The notes beneath the pieces are model-generated. The model was not told where the DNA came from. It did no database searches and worked only from the letters and a program-made list of their open reading frames with translations. A stretch of DNA of 64,000 nt from Macrostomum lignano. Its lineage: Eukaryota. The stretch is taken from positions 60,772 to 124,771 of the forward strand of contig NIVC01001895.1 in assembly GCA_002269645.1 (NCBI GenBank), in the 5' to 3' direction. Made by a program: the position numbers and the translations under genes. Shown here in pieces: positions 35,400 through 48,136 of the stretch. Position 1 is the first letter of the stretch; each line of letters starts with the position of its first letter.

Positions 35400-37295
35400 T
35401 GACATTTTTGTTAAGTCGCGGGCGTAGTGGGTCGATGAGAGTGCTCTAGCAATGGCTGGGTGGCGCGGTACACAGAGTTGTGTCCGAGGGTCGCATTGCT
35501 AAACTAGCAGCGGTTTTACGAACAATCCAGTTGGCTCGTTCTAGAAGAGTGGGCAGACTTTCGGGCATTTGCCTCAAGTTGTAAAACCCTTCCGCATACT
35601 GCATGAGTCTACTCCCGAGCTCAGGGCTACCCACTTGTGGAGCAATATTAGCCACAATACACAGCAACAGGTCTGCCCTGTAAGCACATTTTGGCCTGGG
35701 GTCTGTACACTCGCCATTCTCTTAGCTTTTTAGCTAGCTATAGCTCTTAGCCTCTTGGCTATGAATGTATTGCTTAAATGGAAATAATGAAAATAAGAAA
35801 TGGGTGCGCTTGGAGAGCCTTTTGTCGGTAGAAACTCTGAGAATAAATCAAATTTAATGGGAAGAGCTAGTAGGTACGAGAGCACACAGGATTCGAGTTT
35901 GATGCAGTGCACTTTTTAATTGCTAAATAGCAACCTTAAGCTTCTACAGGCTAAGATCTGTCACGATTTGTTTTTTCATTAGGTGCTGGCGCGTGTGGGG
36001 CTGCATGGTGTAGTAGGCACGGTTGTCCGTCGTTTGCAAAGACTTCAAGGAAATTCTGCGAACTATAAATCTGGGTTTGCTAATGCTACAGTTTTTGCTT
36101 CAAAGAGTGTTTTTTTCGCTGTTTTAGACTCCTAAGATTGATCAGAAACATCGTCTTTTATAGCGGTAGAGGGTTTGTCGACCATTCTCCAATGGTTGGA
36201 GTTTGTCATTTTCGGTGTGAAAATCGTCATTATTGCATTTGAGTTTGTCAAAATAGGTTGAACATTTCTCAAGCGATACCACAGACTGTCAAAATTGAAT
36301 GCAAATATGTCAATATTGAGTGCAGCTTTTTCAAAATAGAAAGTAAAAAGGTGTAGCAGGATGAGACAGAGCTCTGCACGCCTTCTGGTATTCGAGGGCA
36401 CCATGCAGACGCATCTGGGGCAATCTTTTCACTGTTTTCGTCATTCTCATATACCCCTTGTGCGCCGTCGTAGCATTTTTGCTCTCGAATACTGAGGAAT
36501 TACCAAGCGATCAAGTTGCATTAAAGTTTCATTTATTCCTGACAGATTGTTTATTCGCACAGCAACCTTTTTAACTGGAAGCAGCAGGGCTCTTTGGCTA
36601 GTGCCAAAGATTGTGATGTCAGATAAAATCAACAAGACCATTTGTAGACCTGCTGTTAGGCTTTCAAAATAATTGTGCAAGAGAAATGAGCGATAGATGA
36701 CAAAAAAATTTTTTGCAACGTTTAGACGTCAAGTTGTTTCAAGATTGTTCGTTTATTAATTCTCGAAGCTGTGCATATAGTCTCTGCATTTGGCGGTACA
36801 TTTTGTTAAGTCGCGGGGTGTCGTGGGTCGATGAGGTGTTCTGGCAAGGGCTTGAGTGGCGCGGTATGCAGTTTTGTCTGAGAGAGCTCGTAGGCTATAT
36901 TATCCAGCAGATTTGACGAACAATCGAGTTGTCTCGCTCTGAGACTCCTGCTGTCTCCAGAAGAGTGAGAAGACTTTCGGGCACTACCTCAAGCAGTAAA
37001 ACCCTTCCTCGTACTGAGTCCATATACAGCATATGGTATGCCCTGCCAGCATGTTTTATTTTGGTCTCAGGTCTTTGCCCACTCGCCATTCTCTAGCTTT
37101 TCAGCCAGCTATAGCTCTTGGCTATGAAGTTTTGTTTAAATAAAATTTAATGGGCAGAGCTCGTAGATGCAAGCGTAAAACGGGGTTCGAGTTTGATGCA
37201 GTGTACTTTATAGCTGCTAAACAGCAACCGTGAGCTTCCACAGGCTAAGATTTGTCTCGATTTATTATTTCATTACATTTCAGCAGGTGCTGGCG
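35400..37295. repeat. Two diverged direct copies of an approximately 0.5-0.6 kb segment (35400-35990 and 36795-37295)
   Basis: Shared blocks in the same order, e.g. TTTTGTTAAGTCGCGGG, AGACTTTCGGGCA, CACTCGCCATTCTC, TTCGAGTTTGATGCAGTG, AGGTGCTGGCGC. Confidence 0.75.
35993..36180 (-). pseudogene. Relic 5' end of a further rhomboid copy
   Basis: Aligns with 39780-39960; reads ACG GAC AAC CGT GCC TAC TAC ACC ATG CAG CCC, so the start ATG is replaced by ACG. Confidence 0.72.
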
Positions 37296-37673
37296 CATAG
37301 CTCATAAGCAGAATTCTTTATCGTTACAAAGCGTCGAAATCGCTAGAAGTAGGCTCAAATATTTATTCAACAAAGCGCTTTAACATTTCTTAATTTTGCT
37401 TATGATAAACGACATGAGGACATAAAGTCACATGGTTTGCGCGATAAACAAGAATCAATATAAAATCGTTCATAATATAGACACGTCAAACGACCACAGG
37501 CTATGGAGATGGAGAAAAACCTTCGAATTGAATTCCGCTTTAAGAATATATAGTCAAAAATACAAATTTAAGTGTATGGAGGATTTATGCGATGACAAAT
37601 ATGTAAGTTAAAATGGATTTTTAGTTCAATATTGACTTCTGTTTGTACAGCGGGATAATATAATGGTAATATT

Positions 37674-37975
37674 GGGGGTTGTAGCCTAGTGATTGGAGCG
37701 TCGGACTCACGACTTGAAGGTCAGGGGTTCGATTCCCGATCCTACTGGAACAATTTGTGTCCTTGAGTAAGACACCTAACTCTGTATTTCTTCAGTTCAC
37801 CCAGCTGTAAAATGGGTGCCAGCATTATCTGGGGCATTTGAGGATGTGTGGCGACTCCCCAGTCATTGGACTGAACAGCCGTACGCAGCCTTCAGATGCG
37901 GCACGCAATAGCTGCGGCTGAGCTGCCGGTTGTCCATCTGCCGTTAGGGCAGGTGTAAACAATTATTATTATGAT
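37674..37975 (+). mobile_element. tRNA-derived SINE, family 1
   Basis: A box TAGCCTAGTG, B box GGTTCGATTCC, central CACCCAGCTGTAAAATGGG block, (ATT)n tail. Three copies in the window. Confidence 0.88.
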
Positions 37976-38191
37976 ATTACACGATCGTATTATAAAGCTT
38001 TTGACACTATCAACTGACGCAGACATATAACTTATTTAACGTCTGAATGTTTGAAATCGCATAGCTCGTATAAATGTACGCAATCTAGTAATTTCACAAA
38101 ATTTCATCATTTCTCTTATTAATAAAGAGGCAAGCCTAAATATAAACGTTATACTCTGAAGCGTTCGTCTCACTTCGCGATTCCAAGGCGT

Positions 38192-39814
38192 TCATCCCAA
38201 CGAGTCGGCCAGCGCTGTATTGGAGCAGACGATGCTGTCAGCTGCTGGGTAGTTCTTGTAGAAAATGTTCCAGAACACGCCGAAAAGAAACATGCATGCC
38301 AGCACAACCCAGCACACAATCGACACCTTGCTCTCCCACGGTTTCTTGTCGATGTTTCGTAGAATGGGAACTCCAGCAAAGAAGCCAGCCAGCAGGCCTC
38401 CGACGTGAGCAGCAACGCTCACAGGGAGGGTTTGAGTTCCGGAGTAGCGTCCATAGAAACTGATGCCAAAGTCCAGGATGAGCAAGAGGGTCAGATAGAC
38501 AAGGCGCATGATCCCACTCAGAAGGAATTTCAGCGGATTTGCTCTGATATCCAGCCAGTCATCCTGCAGCTCCTCCCAGTTCATGAGCACCGTGGCATAG
38601 TGGGCTCCGAACAAAGCGTACACCCCACCGGAGGCTCCGATCAGCATTGTGTTATGGTCTGCGATGCTGCTGGCCATGGCACCAATGGTTACACCGATTA
38701 GAAACACTGGACCTACTCGCCAAGCTTTGTGGACACTTTCCAGCGGGATTCCTAGAAGGAACGACAGGATCGTGTTGAAGACGACGTGGTGGTAGCCATT
38801 GTGCAGGAACATGTAGGACACGAAGCGCCAAGCTTCTTGTCGGAGACTCGGACAGAAGACCAGCGGGCTGTAGTACGGGAATCCTTTTTCCCATCCCACC
38901 TTGTTCCACTCGGGTCCCTTGGACAGCTCAACCGTGTAGATGATGAAGAAGATCCAAACGGCTACATAGAACAGCGGAATGAAGAGCGGCGGCGGCCTGC
39001 AGTTGTACGCCTCAAGGTAGCTCTCTTCCGGGATCGGCTCTCCGGCTTGAGCTGCCTGGATCTTCTCTTTGCGAAGCTTCTTCTGCGCTGCAGGCGTCAT
39101 GCTCTCGATGAACGAGTTGATGACTCTCTTCGATCGAGACACCTCCGACTTTTTCGTGTACTTCATTCCGGTAAAGAACTCGTCCCAAGACACTCGTTGA
39201 TTTCCGTCTTTGTCCAGCCTCTTAAACAGTCCCTGTAGGTTTCGAGACCGGTTAAAGTTGACAGACTCTGCCATCTCCATGAACTCCTTGAGCGGCATGC
39301 CTCCAGTAGTCACGTACGGATCGAAGCGGTACTTGAAGTTCTTGGTGAGCCACTCTCTGTACTGGTCTTCGTTCATGTGCTCAGAGTTGTCGCAGTTCGA
39401 CGAAGCGCATACACTGATTGCGGCACTTCCGCCTCCGGGACCTCCGTCAGGCTTGTCGTGTCCGGAGACGCTGAGGAAGTTTCTGTTTGTGTTTGACGCA
39501 GTGACAGTCGGATGCTGCATCTCGAACTGCTGGTTCGCGAACTGGGCCTTGAGCGAGTGGCTCGTTCCGTTTCCGTTGGCTGCGGTCCCGCCGCCGATAC
39601 TTTGCGAGTATTCGTATCGTCCGGTAGAGGCAGGATACTGCTGGCGGGTGTCCAGCTCCACCCGAACTTCCGGGACAGAGTAGCCATACTGGAGCTGCCG
39701 CTGGCCGGACGATGTGGTTGTGGCGACTCTCTGCTGCGTCTGGGACTGGTAACTTTGGGACTGGTTGGACTGCTGAGCCTGGGGCTGCATCGTGTAGTAG
39801 CCGCGGTTGTCCAT
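38192..39814 (-). CDS. Intronless EF-hand rhomboid protease, copy B, 540 aa
   Basis: Same motifs as copy A; intact ORF. Confidence 0.93.
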   Translation of the reverse strand: MDNRGYYTMQPQAQQSNQSQSYQSQTQQRVATTTSSGQRQLQYGYSVPEVRVELDTRQQYPASTGRYEYSQSIGGGTAANGNGTSHSLKAQFANQQFEMQHPTVTASNTNRNFLSVSGHDKPDGGPGGGSAAISVCASSNCDNSEHMNEDQYREWLTKNFKYRFDPYVTTGGMPLKEFMEMAESVNFNRSRNLQGLFKRLDKDGNQRVSWDEFFTGMKYTKKSEVSRSKRVINSFIESMTPAAQKKLRKEKIQAAQAGEPIPEESYLEAYNCRPPPLFIPLFYVAVWIFFIIYTVELSKGPEWNKVGWEKGFPYYSPLVFCPSLRQEAWRFVSYMFLHNGYHHVVFNTILSFLLGIPLESVHKAWRVGPVFLIGVTIGAMASSIADHNTMLIGASGGVYALFGAHYATVLMNWEELQDDWLDIRANPLKFLLSGIMRLVYLTLLLILDFGISFYGRYSGTQTLPVSVAAHVGGLLAGFFAGVPILRNIDKKPWESKVSIVCWVVLACMFLFGVFWNIFYKNYPAADSIVCSNTALADSLG

Positions 39815-40967
39815 TGTTTTCGAAGACTTTCAAGGAAATCCTATAAACTAATTAGGGTTAAGCTAATGCTACAGTTTTTTGCTTTAAAGATTATTTTTTG
39901 CGTTGTTTTGAATTCCTATGCTTGATCAAAAGCATCGCCTTTTATACCCAGGGAGCGTTCGTTTACCACTGTCCGTTCGTTCTTTAAAGTGCCCCACCCC
40001 AAACCTGTCTGGCTGACCGCTCCGTAGACGCTTGTATCCAGCGAACGCAAACCACGCCGCTTCGTTCCCTTACCTACCTCTAGCCTTTCAAAATATTGTT
40101 TACTGCTCAATTGTTATCAATCTTAAATGGTTGCTCTATAAGTTTCAAGCATTTCCTAAACTCTTTTGCTAAGCAATTTTAGCTGGCAAATTTATTAGGT
40201 TTGCTACCTTGCGTCTACTGCTGCACTGGCCCAACAGACACTTTAGAGCACGCGCTGTCTCTCGCGGTGCTTTCTACATTCGCCCTGAGGCACTAAAGTC
40301 TGTCCTTCTTGGCAGAACCCCTCGTAGAGCTCAAAGTGAGATTTCTATCGAAGCGACGCACAATAGCCTTCTTTTTATTAGTATGGTCAAACAATATGAA
40401 AACCCCTGGAGAGGGCTTTCGAATCAGGGCTGATATTGCAGCTGCTTCTGTTGGGAGGTAAAAGCAGATCGGGCTCCATTGCTATTGTGCTTCTCGGCGT
40501 GTGACCAGTTGAGATGAAAGTAAATAAGAGCTAGCTACTGAATTAAAATGGGTGGACGATTGCTTAAACTAAACTGTGTTAGTCTTACCACAGGCTCTGC
40601 TTTAGAGGCTTGAGAATAGCTTATTTTGCATGCGAGCTATGCTTTTGTGCAGGAAAAAACTACGTTTTCTATGCCCCGCATTAGTTCAACATATTATTTT
40701 AGAGAGCTTCTAGCCAAGTAATAAAAGTTGGAACTGCCTGTAGGCAGAATTTTTTCATACTCATTCTCGAGTCTTTAATGTTGGTTATGAGCCTGCATAT
40801 GCATGTCACCCACGTATGCGACAGATACAGGTCACCAATACATCTACCCGATGCATGTTACTGGTGCATGTTCAAGGACCACTAGAAACTAGAAACTTAG
40901 GAAACCTAGAAAATTGCACTTCTGCATGCCTAAGACGCAGAGGGAGTGGAATGACACGTGGTAATTG

Positions 40968-41700
40968 AGCTACACATCAGGGAGTGGAGTGACGCATAGG
41001 GGAGTGGAGTGACGCATAGGGGAGTGGAGTGACGCATAGGGGAGTGGAGTGACGCATAGGGGAGTGGAGTGACGCATAGGGGAGTGGAGTGACGCATAGG
41101 GGAGTGGAGTGACGCATAGGGGAGTGGAGTGACGTATAAGGGAGTGGAGTGACTGATAAAGGAGTGGAGTGACGCATAGGGGAGTGGAGTGACGCATAGG
41201 GGAGTGGAGTGACGCATAGGGGAGTGGAGTGACGTATAAGGGAGTGGAGCGACGCATAAGGGAGTTGAGTGACGCATAGGGGAGTTGAGTGACGCATAGG
41301 GGAGTGGAGTGACGCATAAGGGAGTTGAGTGACGCATAAGGGAGTGGAGTGACGCATAAGGGAGTTAAGTGACGCATAAGGGAGTTGAGTGACGCATAAG
41401 GGAGTTGAGTGACGCATAGGGGAGTGGAGTGACGCATAAGGGAGTTGAGTGACGCATAGGGGAGTTGAGTGACGCATAAGGGAGTGGAGTGACGCATTGG
41501 GGAGTTGAGTGACGCATAGGGGAGTGGAGTGACGTATAAGAGAGTGGAGTGACGCATAGGGGAGTGGAGTGACGCATAAGGGAGTTGAGTGACGCATAGG
41601 GGAGTGGAGTGACGCATAGGGGAGTGGAGTGACGCATAAGGGAGTTGAGTGACGCATAGGGGAGTGGAGCAACGCATACGCATAGGGAAACGGAGCGACA
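40968..41700. repeat. 20-bp minisatellite (GGAGTGGAGTGACGCATAGG)
   Basis: Direct reading. Confidence 0.95.
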
Positions 41701-41989
41701 CAGGAGGGAGTGGAGTGACGGATAATGCAGTGGAGTAATACAGGAGAAAGTGGAGAGACTACAGACAGTTACTTCGTCTTGGTTTGCTTGGTTACTGCTC
41801 CAGAGATCAGTATTTTTACTGATCTCAAAATACAAACTACATGTTATAGTACGAGCTATAACCAGATGAAACATGCAGCCAGTTTTGTCGTTGGATATCA
41901 CTTTCCAAAGAAATTGTTTTGGCAGTTTGTAACGCTATAGGCAGTCTTCACGCAGTCTTCATCAAACTAGTCATTCCTTACTAGCCACC

Positions 41990-43450
41990 TCGGATCAGTA
42001 GTGATAACTGCGTCTGACCCAAGCATTAGGCCAGTAAATCAAACCTTGGTCTTCATCCAATATTTCCGTTGTTTTCGTCATTGCCGTTGAAACGATGAAG
42101 GTACATTAGAGTTTTATTCCGTTCAAACGTATTCATCTGAGCGCGCCGTCGACCACTGCTAGTTGAAACCTTTCGAGGCCGTTTTCTGAATCGGCTGGAA
42201 ATAGGTGCCAGATTCGGTATGAATCGATTCAAAAATTGACCTAATCCCACGAAGTATCTCAACTCAAGTGAGTTTATCGGCTGCTTGAATGTTTGTGAAA
42301 GCTTTTATCATAGCATCTTGATACGAGCTATCATCATGGATGTTTAGCACTCCTGTTAGGCCTGCCAATATTCTTTTACATCGCCGATTGGCATGCAAAA
42401 CAACAACAACAACAACAAAAAATTACACAGCCTCGCTGTTTGCTAGCCACGCAGGGCGCGTCAGATGGCACGCCGCAGAGCCTGAGAGTGGACGAAGTCC
42501 GCCCCGTTGGCAGTGTCGGGCACCCCGGCGTCGCGTAGGAGGCAGCTCACGTATCGACAGGTTTGGGCCTGACCCCGCCTCTAACTGGCCCTGCAAGGTG
42601 AGCAGCAGGACGTCCTGAACAGGTTGGGGGCAGTAGCCCTCGGCCCGGATCACGTGGCCGCCCGCCAGTTGAAGTCGCCGCCGGCGCAGGATGGTGGACG
42701 GGCGCTGCAGCTTGGCCCGATCGTACAGGGCCTCGGTCCCGACGCTCTCGTCAGCTCGAAAGGCCGCACGGAGCAGCCCTGAGTGCGCCGAGTCCAGCTG
42801 CCGCTCCAGCGTAGCCGTCAGCGTTCGTCTCAGCGTTGTAGAGCAGGACGGTTTCGACCACCGCCTGCCACAGCCGAGCCCTCTGGCGGTCGGGCAGCGC
42901 TTCGGACTGGAGGATGCCCAGATCGAAGGAGGGCCGCCCAGGCAAGTCCTCTGCGCCACCGGAGGCCTTCCTCCACGTGGGGGCACCAGACCGCCGGGGT
43001 ACATGTAGGTGAACCGCTGCCAGCGTGCGAGCTTGGTAGTCTGCCCGGCTGTGCCGCGGCACATCAGGTCCGCTGGGATGTCGGCCGGCACACAAAAGAA
43101 GAGTTAAACCCAACCCATTGATACGCGCTTGTAACGCATGAGTGGTCAGTAGACAAATGAAAATTATTGAAAGCTTGCACGACTTCTCGCGCAATTCTAA
43201 TTGAAGAAAAATTTCACCTGCATTAACCGGTTGATTAGCCGATGCTGGGCAGAGGTTGGTACTCTCTTTGCATCGCCTCATTGAAGTCTCTCAGATTGAA
43301 TCTTGCCAAGCTATCATCAACCGTGACATCCAATCCGATGTGAATTTTACACGCTCGGTGATGCCTTCTTTCATGCGCCTTAAGTTCTTCGGACAGCTTG
43401 TCCGAAGACTATGGATTCGATTCCATCATTTACCTACCGATTCCTTGAAT
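41990..43450 (-). mobile_element. Decayed Ty3/Gypsy reverse transcriptase remnant, interrupted by a LINE
   Basis: Fragments DFNEAMQREYQPLPSI (about 43250), LTGVLNIHDD (about 42350) and LRYFVGLGQFLNRFIPNLAPI (42262) occur in Gypsy RT order, with stops and frameshifts. Confidence 0.55.
42395..43092 (-). mobile_element. 5'-truncated RTE-like non-LTR retrotransposon 3' end
   Basis: LWQAVVETVLLYNAET and TLTATLERQLDSAHSGLLR...RRRRLQLAG.HVIR, with frameshifts; (TTG)n tail at about 42395-42420. Confidence 0.75.
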
Positions 43451-44189
43451 GATTTTGTTAACAATGAACACCAGCATTGCCTTTTTCAACGATTAATTTT
43501 TTATCATTCAAGTAAAAGCTGCTTTCTTATCACATGTTAGTATTTAGCGCCTTGAATCCTCGGTTGCATTTTCTCTGGATTCAGAGTTCACCCCGCGTTT
43601 CAACATAGAGACAAGGATGTAGTCTACTACAGTACATTGGTCTTTGCATCGATATAGGCCGCGTTTTGTCATTGGATACGAGCACTTCGTGGTTTTGCGA
43701 GATTGTACTCGTGTAACTAAGTAGAAACCGGTCAGAGAAATCTTCTATTCCTGATGATAATTGCTGGTCACGTTAGACGTGCAAAAGAAAATGAGCTCGA
43801 AATGTTGATTGTTATCAATTTTAGCTACGAGTACTAAAATTTGCAAGGCACCGCGTTTACTGCTACAGTTTTGTATGCAGTTTTGTCGTTTATTCAAGAA
43901 CAAAAAGCAAAAATAATTTGCCAAAATATGGGCCTAGAAGCAGAAGTCTTGAAAATACACTTACAAATAGTGTCTTGTTAGACCTTCTACTAGTACAGTG
44001 TGTATACTCGTACGTATTCAGACGCAGTGTTGTGCAAGTGCAATCAGCATAGGTGCAACGTCATGGATTTAACCTTTGCGAAACCATGACGGCACCAGAA
44101 GATGGGATACTCGGTTTAATGCCCTGCACCTTGGCTGCTGAAAAATAGTGGAGATTGTAAACAAAATGAGGTAACCGAACTTGATGTGT

Positions 44190-44530
44190 CAGTTGATGTG
44201 TCAGATGGTGCGTCAGGTGAGTGGTGTATCAGGTGATTAGTGTGTCAGATCAGGTAAGTGGTGTGTCAGGTAATTGGTGTGACAGGTGAGTGGTGTGTCA
44301 GGTGAGTGGTGTGTCAGGTGAGTGGTGTGTCAGGTGAGTGGTGTGTCAGGTGAGTGGTGTGTCAGGTGAGTGGTGTGTCAGGTGAGTGGTGTGTCAGGTG
44401 AGTGGTGTGTCAGGTAAGTGGTGTGTCAGGTAAGTGATGTGTCAGGTAAGTGATGTGCCATGTGAGTGGTGTGTCAGGTGAGTGGTGTGTCAGGTGAGTG
44501 GTGTGAGTGGTGTGTCACTTGATAGGTGTG
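44190..44530. repeat. 16-bp minisatellite (GTGAGTGGTGTGTCAG)
   Basis: Direct reading. Confidence 0.93.
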
Positions 44531-44847
44531 TCAGTGGTAGGGGGTGTGTAAGAAACTCACGCTTTTGAGTAAGCTGTTTTCTCGAAGCTTTCATGGAATC
44601 CATCTTTTGCTGAGCTGCAAGCGGAATAATAGGGAGTTGAATTGATGTGCAGTAGTTGGCAGTTGATAGAGGCTGATATTCGCGATAAAATTCACAAAAC
44701 TGATTCCGTACAGACCTTTTGCCACAATGACCTTTTCTCGGTTCTTTTCCTCTTTATGGATCTTGTCTGCAAAAATGAAAAATCGATTTCTTAATTCCAA
44801 TCTTGATTCACGGATAAGGTGGCACAGAAGCAAGGAGTGACGTATGT

Positions 44848-45430
44848 TTGTAGAGTGACACAGAATGCAGTAGAGTGACACAGAATGCAGTAGAATGACA
44901 CAGAATGCAGTAGAGTGACACAGAATGCAGTAGAGTGCCACAGAATGCAGTAGAGTAACACAGAATGCAGTAGAGTAACACAGAATGCAGTAGAGTGACA
45001 CAGAATGCAGTAGAGTAACACAGAATGCAGTAGAGTAACACAAGATGCAGTAGAGTAACACAGAATGCAGTAGAGTAACACAAAATGCAGTAGAGTAACA
45101 CAAAATGCATTAGAATGACACAATATGCGTTAGAGTGACACAATATGCGTTAGAGTGACAAAAAATGCGTTAGAGTGACACAGAATGCAGTAGAGTGACA
45201 CACAATGCAGTAGAGTGACACACAATCCAGTAGAGGGACACAGAATGCAGTAGAGTGACACAGAATGCAGTAGAGTAACACAGAATGCAGTAGAGGGACA
45301 CAGAATGCAGTAGAGTGACACAGAATGCAGTAGAGTGACACACAATGCAGTAGAGTGACACACATTGCAGTAGAGGGACACAGAATGCAGTAGAGTAACA
45401 CAGAATGCAGTAGAGTGACACAATGCAGTA
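44848..45430. repeat. 20-bp minisatellite (TAGAGTGACACAGAATGCAG)
   Basis: Direct reading. Confidence 0.94.
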
Positions 45431-45804
45431 GCAAAGAATCTAGTAGGTAAAACAGATACAAGCTGAGCGTTTAATCGAATGCAGGGCTGTCTACTTACAT
45501 CGCCTGTAACCGTCATAGTATGCATAGTACGGATTTAGGACGCATCCTAGTGATTCATGTACCAACTGAGACAGCAAAATGATGCACAGTGGTAGCAAAA
45601 TAAAATTCCAAACTTTTTGATACATTTTGCTCACTAGCGAATAAACAATTGTGTGCTCAATGATCTCTTTCAGAATTCAATGAAAAATTTCCTTTATTTT
45701 TGTAGATTTGCTACTCACATGTACATATTAGTACTATGCCATAGACATAAGTGCGATAATCTGATTCCAGGCCTAGAAAGGAACTTTAACAAATCCATAT
45801 GACA

Positions 45805-46110
45805 GATTAGATTGTGGAGTGTCAGATGAGATTGTGGAGTGTCAGATGAGATTGTGCAGTGTCAGATGAGATTGTGGAGTGTCAGATGAGATTGTGGAGT
45901 GTCAGATGAGATTTTGGAGTGTCAGATGAGATTGTGCAGTGTCAGATGAGATTGTGGAGTGTCAGATGAGATTGTGGAGTGTCAGATGAGATTGTGGAGT
46001 GTCAGATGAGATTGTGGAGTGTCAGATGAGATTGTGGAGTGTCAGATGAGATTGTGCAGTGTCAGATGAGATTGTGGAGTGTCAGATGAGATTGTGGAGT
46101 GTCAGATGAC
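45805..46110. repeat. 20-bp minisatellite (GTCAGATGAGATTGTGGAGT)
   Basis: Direct reading. Confidence 0.95.
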
Positions 46111-46304
46111 CCCTGAGCTCGCAGGTTGTACAGCTTCCCTGACTCTCAAATCGGCGGGCATGTACAGCCTGTGTGCCTTGGAGTTTATAAAGTAAAGCTA
46201 AAGAAAATAAACTTGTTAATACGCTCGTAGATAAGAAAATTATGATTCGTTTAGAAAAGTTTAAGCGTTAAGTCAGTTGAAGATTCTCATCCAGAAATCT
46301 CATC

Positions 46305-48136
46305 CAGGCCTGTGCTGCAGCCATACAGTCTGGAAAAAGAGGCCACTCTAACCACTGACGCCTCCAAAGGTGCGCTTGCGGCTGTTTTGACCCAGGACGG
46401 GCACCCCGTGATTTACATCTCCAGGACTCTCTCATCCGCAGAAGCTAACTACTCAAACATCGAACGAGAGGCCCTGGCGATTTTCTGGGCAATCCATAGG
46501 CTGACACACTATCTGCACTATCTGTAGGGCCGAAAATTCACATTCCATTGCGCACCTCTTCCAGAATCAGCCGATGGGCGTTGTTTCTAATGCAATTCGA
46601 CTTCACTCTGGAATACGTACAAGGGACAAAAATTCCGCATGCCGACGCGCTCTCCCGACTCCGGTTCGAAAACGCGGATCTTGAGCCTAGCAGTACCTTT
46701 TGGGCGATAAACTGCGTTGCCTTTGAATCCCCAACCATCGATCCACACAGAATAATATCCGAAATTGAGTCAGACTGGTGACTGGCGAGACTGCACACAA
46801 GCAGAGGCAGCCTTTAAGAAAGTCGCGGAAAACCTGACCCTAGAGAATGGCCTGATCTACATGCGCCGCCGAGCATTCATTCCGCCAAGGCTCAGACGAG
46901 AGGCCTTCGACGCAGTGCATGACACTCATACGGGTTCTAACGCAGCGCACAAGTTGCTTGCACAGACCTGTTGGTGGCCCGGTATGCAGAGGGACGTGGA
47001 GCGATTCGTTCATCAATGCCAGGCACGCACTCAGTTAAGACCTCGTCTACAAAAAACTCGGGACACTTGGCCACCTGCCACCGCTCCATTTCAAAGAGTG
47101 CACATGGACTGGGCTTTTGTACCAGCCGTTGGCAACATTCTCATCGTGGTTGATGCGTACTCGGGCTGGATAGAAGCTCTCCCCACAAAGGACAGATCAG
47201 CAGACAGCGTCATCAACTCGCTGCAAACGGTTTTTACTCGCTTTGGTGTTCCGGAGCTGGTTGTTTCGGACCAGCTTGTTCACCTCAGCTCCACTACTGG
47301 CCTGGTTGGAAAAGAATGGTGCTCGTAAGATGGAGAGCCCTCCATATTCCCCTCAATCTAATGGTGCAGCTGAGCGAGCTGTCCAGACTGTCAAGAAAGC
47401 CTTGCAGGCATGGACCCAGCGTCTAACACATGGCAGCTTTATCGCTTTTTTGCAGAGGGCTCTGCTACATCATCGCAATTCTTTAACTTCACGCGGACGA
47501 ACCCCTGCCGAGCTCGTGCTAGGACGGCGACTTCGGGTTCCGGTGGTCTCCACCTTCCAGCAGGGCGACCCGGTGCAGTTCAAGGCCAACGGTGACACCA
47601 CCAGCTCTCGAGCTGATGTCTCGAGCTGATGTCGCAAGGGCGCAACACCTCCTGGCTACTGACGGGCGCCAAACTACACCTGGCTTCAAACAATCAATTC
47701 GGCCCGCTGGCTCCTGCCTCTGAAGCCGATGAGGAAGAAGAGGAAGTTCACCAATAACCACAAACTAATATGCCTGAGATTCCCCCAGAGATCGCTCCGA
47801 CAAGAAGAAGCACTAGGCCCTAGGGTGAGGAATCCCCCAAATCACCTTGTGCCGTAGGCTCAGACTGACTTTGCGAAGTTTACTAGCTAGTTCTTAAAGT
47901 TTGTTTGTTTGACTGTCTTGCGGACGTCGTTATCCATCGTCTTCCGTTGCAGACGGGGACATGTGGTATTATAGTGGCTGCTAGCTAGAGCTAGCGTTGT
48001 TGCACTTTACCCAATCATATCCTTTTTATGTCTATGGTAGCAACCAGCTATACGCTTTCGTTCTCAGCCTCTCACTTATGTTATAATTTCCTATGCTTGA
48101 ATAAACTCTGCCGACAGCCTCGTTCAAACTACGACA
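46305..48136 (+). mobile_element. 5'-truncated Ty3/Gypsy retrotransposon: RNase H, integrase, PPT and a short 3' LTR (about 47962-48136)
   Basis: RNase H motif TTDASK...NYSNIEREALA. Integrase motifs WWPGMQRDVERFV, RVHMDWA, VVDAYS, FGVPELVVSD, PQSNGAAERAVQ, with frameshifts. PPT AGACGGGGAC followed by TGT...AATAAA...ACA. Confidence 0.87.

Noticed and set aside
35446-37089. Short ORFs in the duplicated spacer segments as a small gene family
   Set aside because: The reading frames are not conserved between the two copies.
37674-37750. tRNA genes at the SINE heads (also 63108, 50751, 26985)
   Set aside because: A and B boxes are present but continue into shared SINE bodies, and no clean cloverleaf was found.
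33076-39925. Plus-strand ORFs overlapping the rhomboid genes
   Set aside because: Antisense shadows of GC-rich coding sequence.
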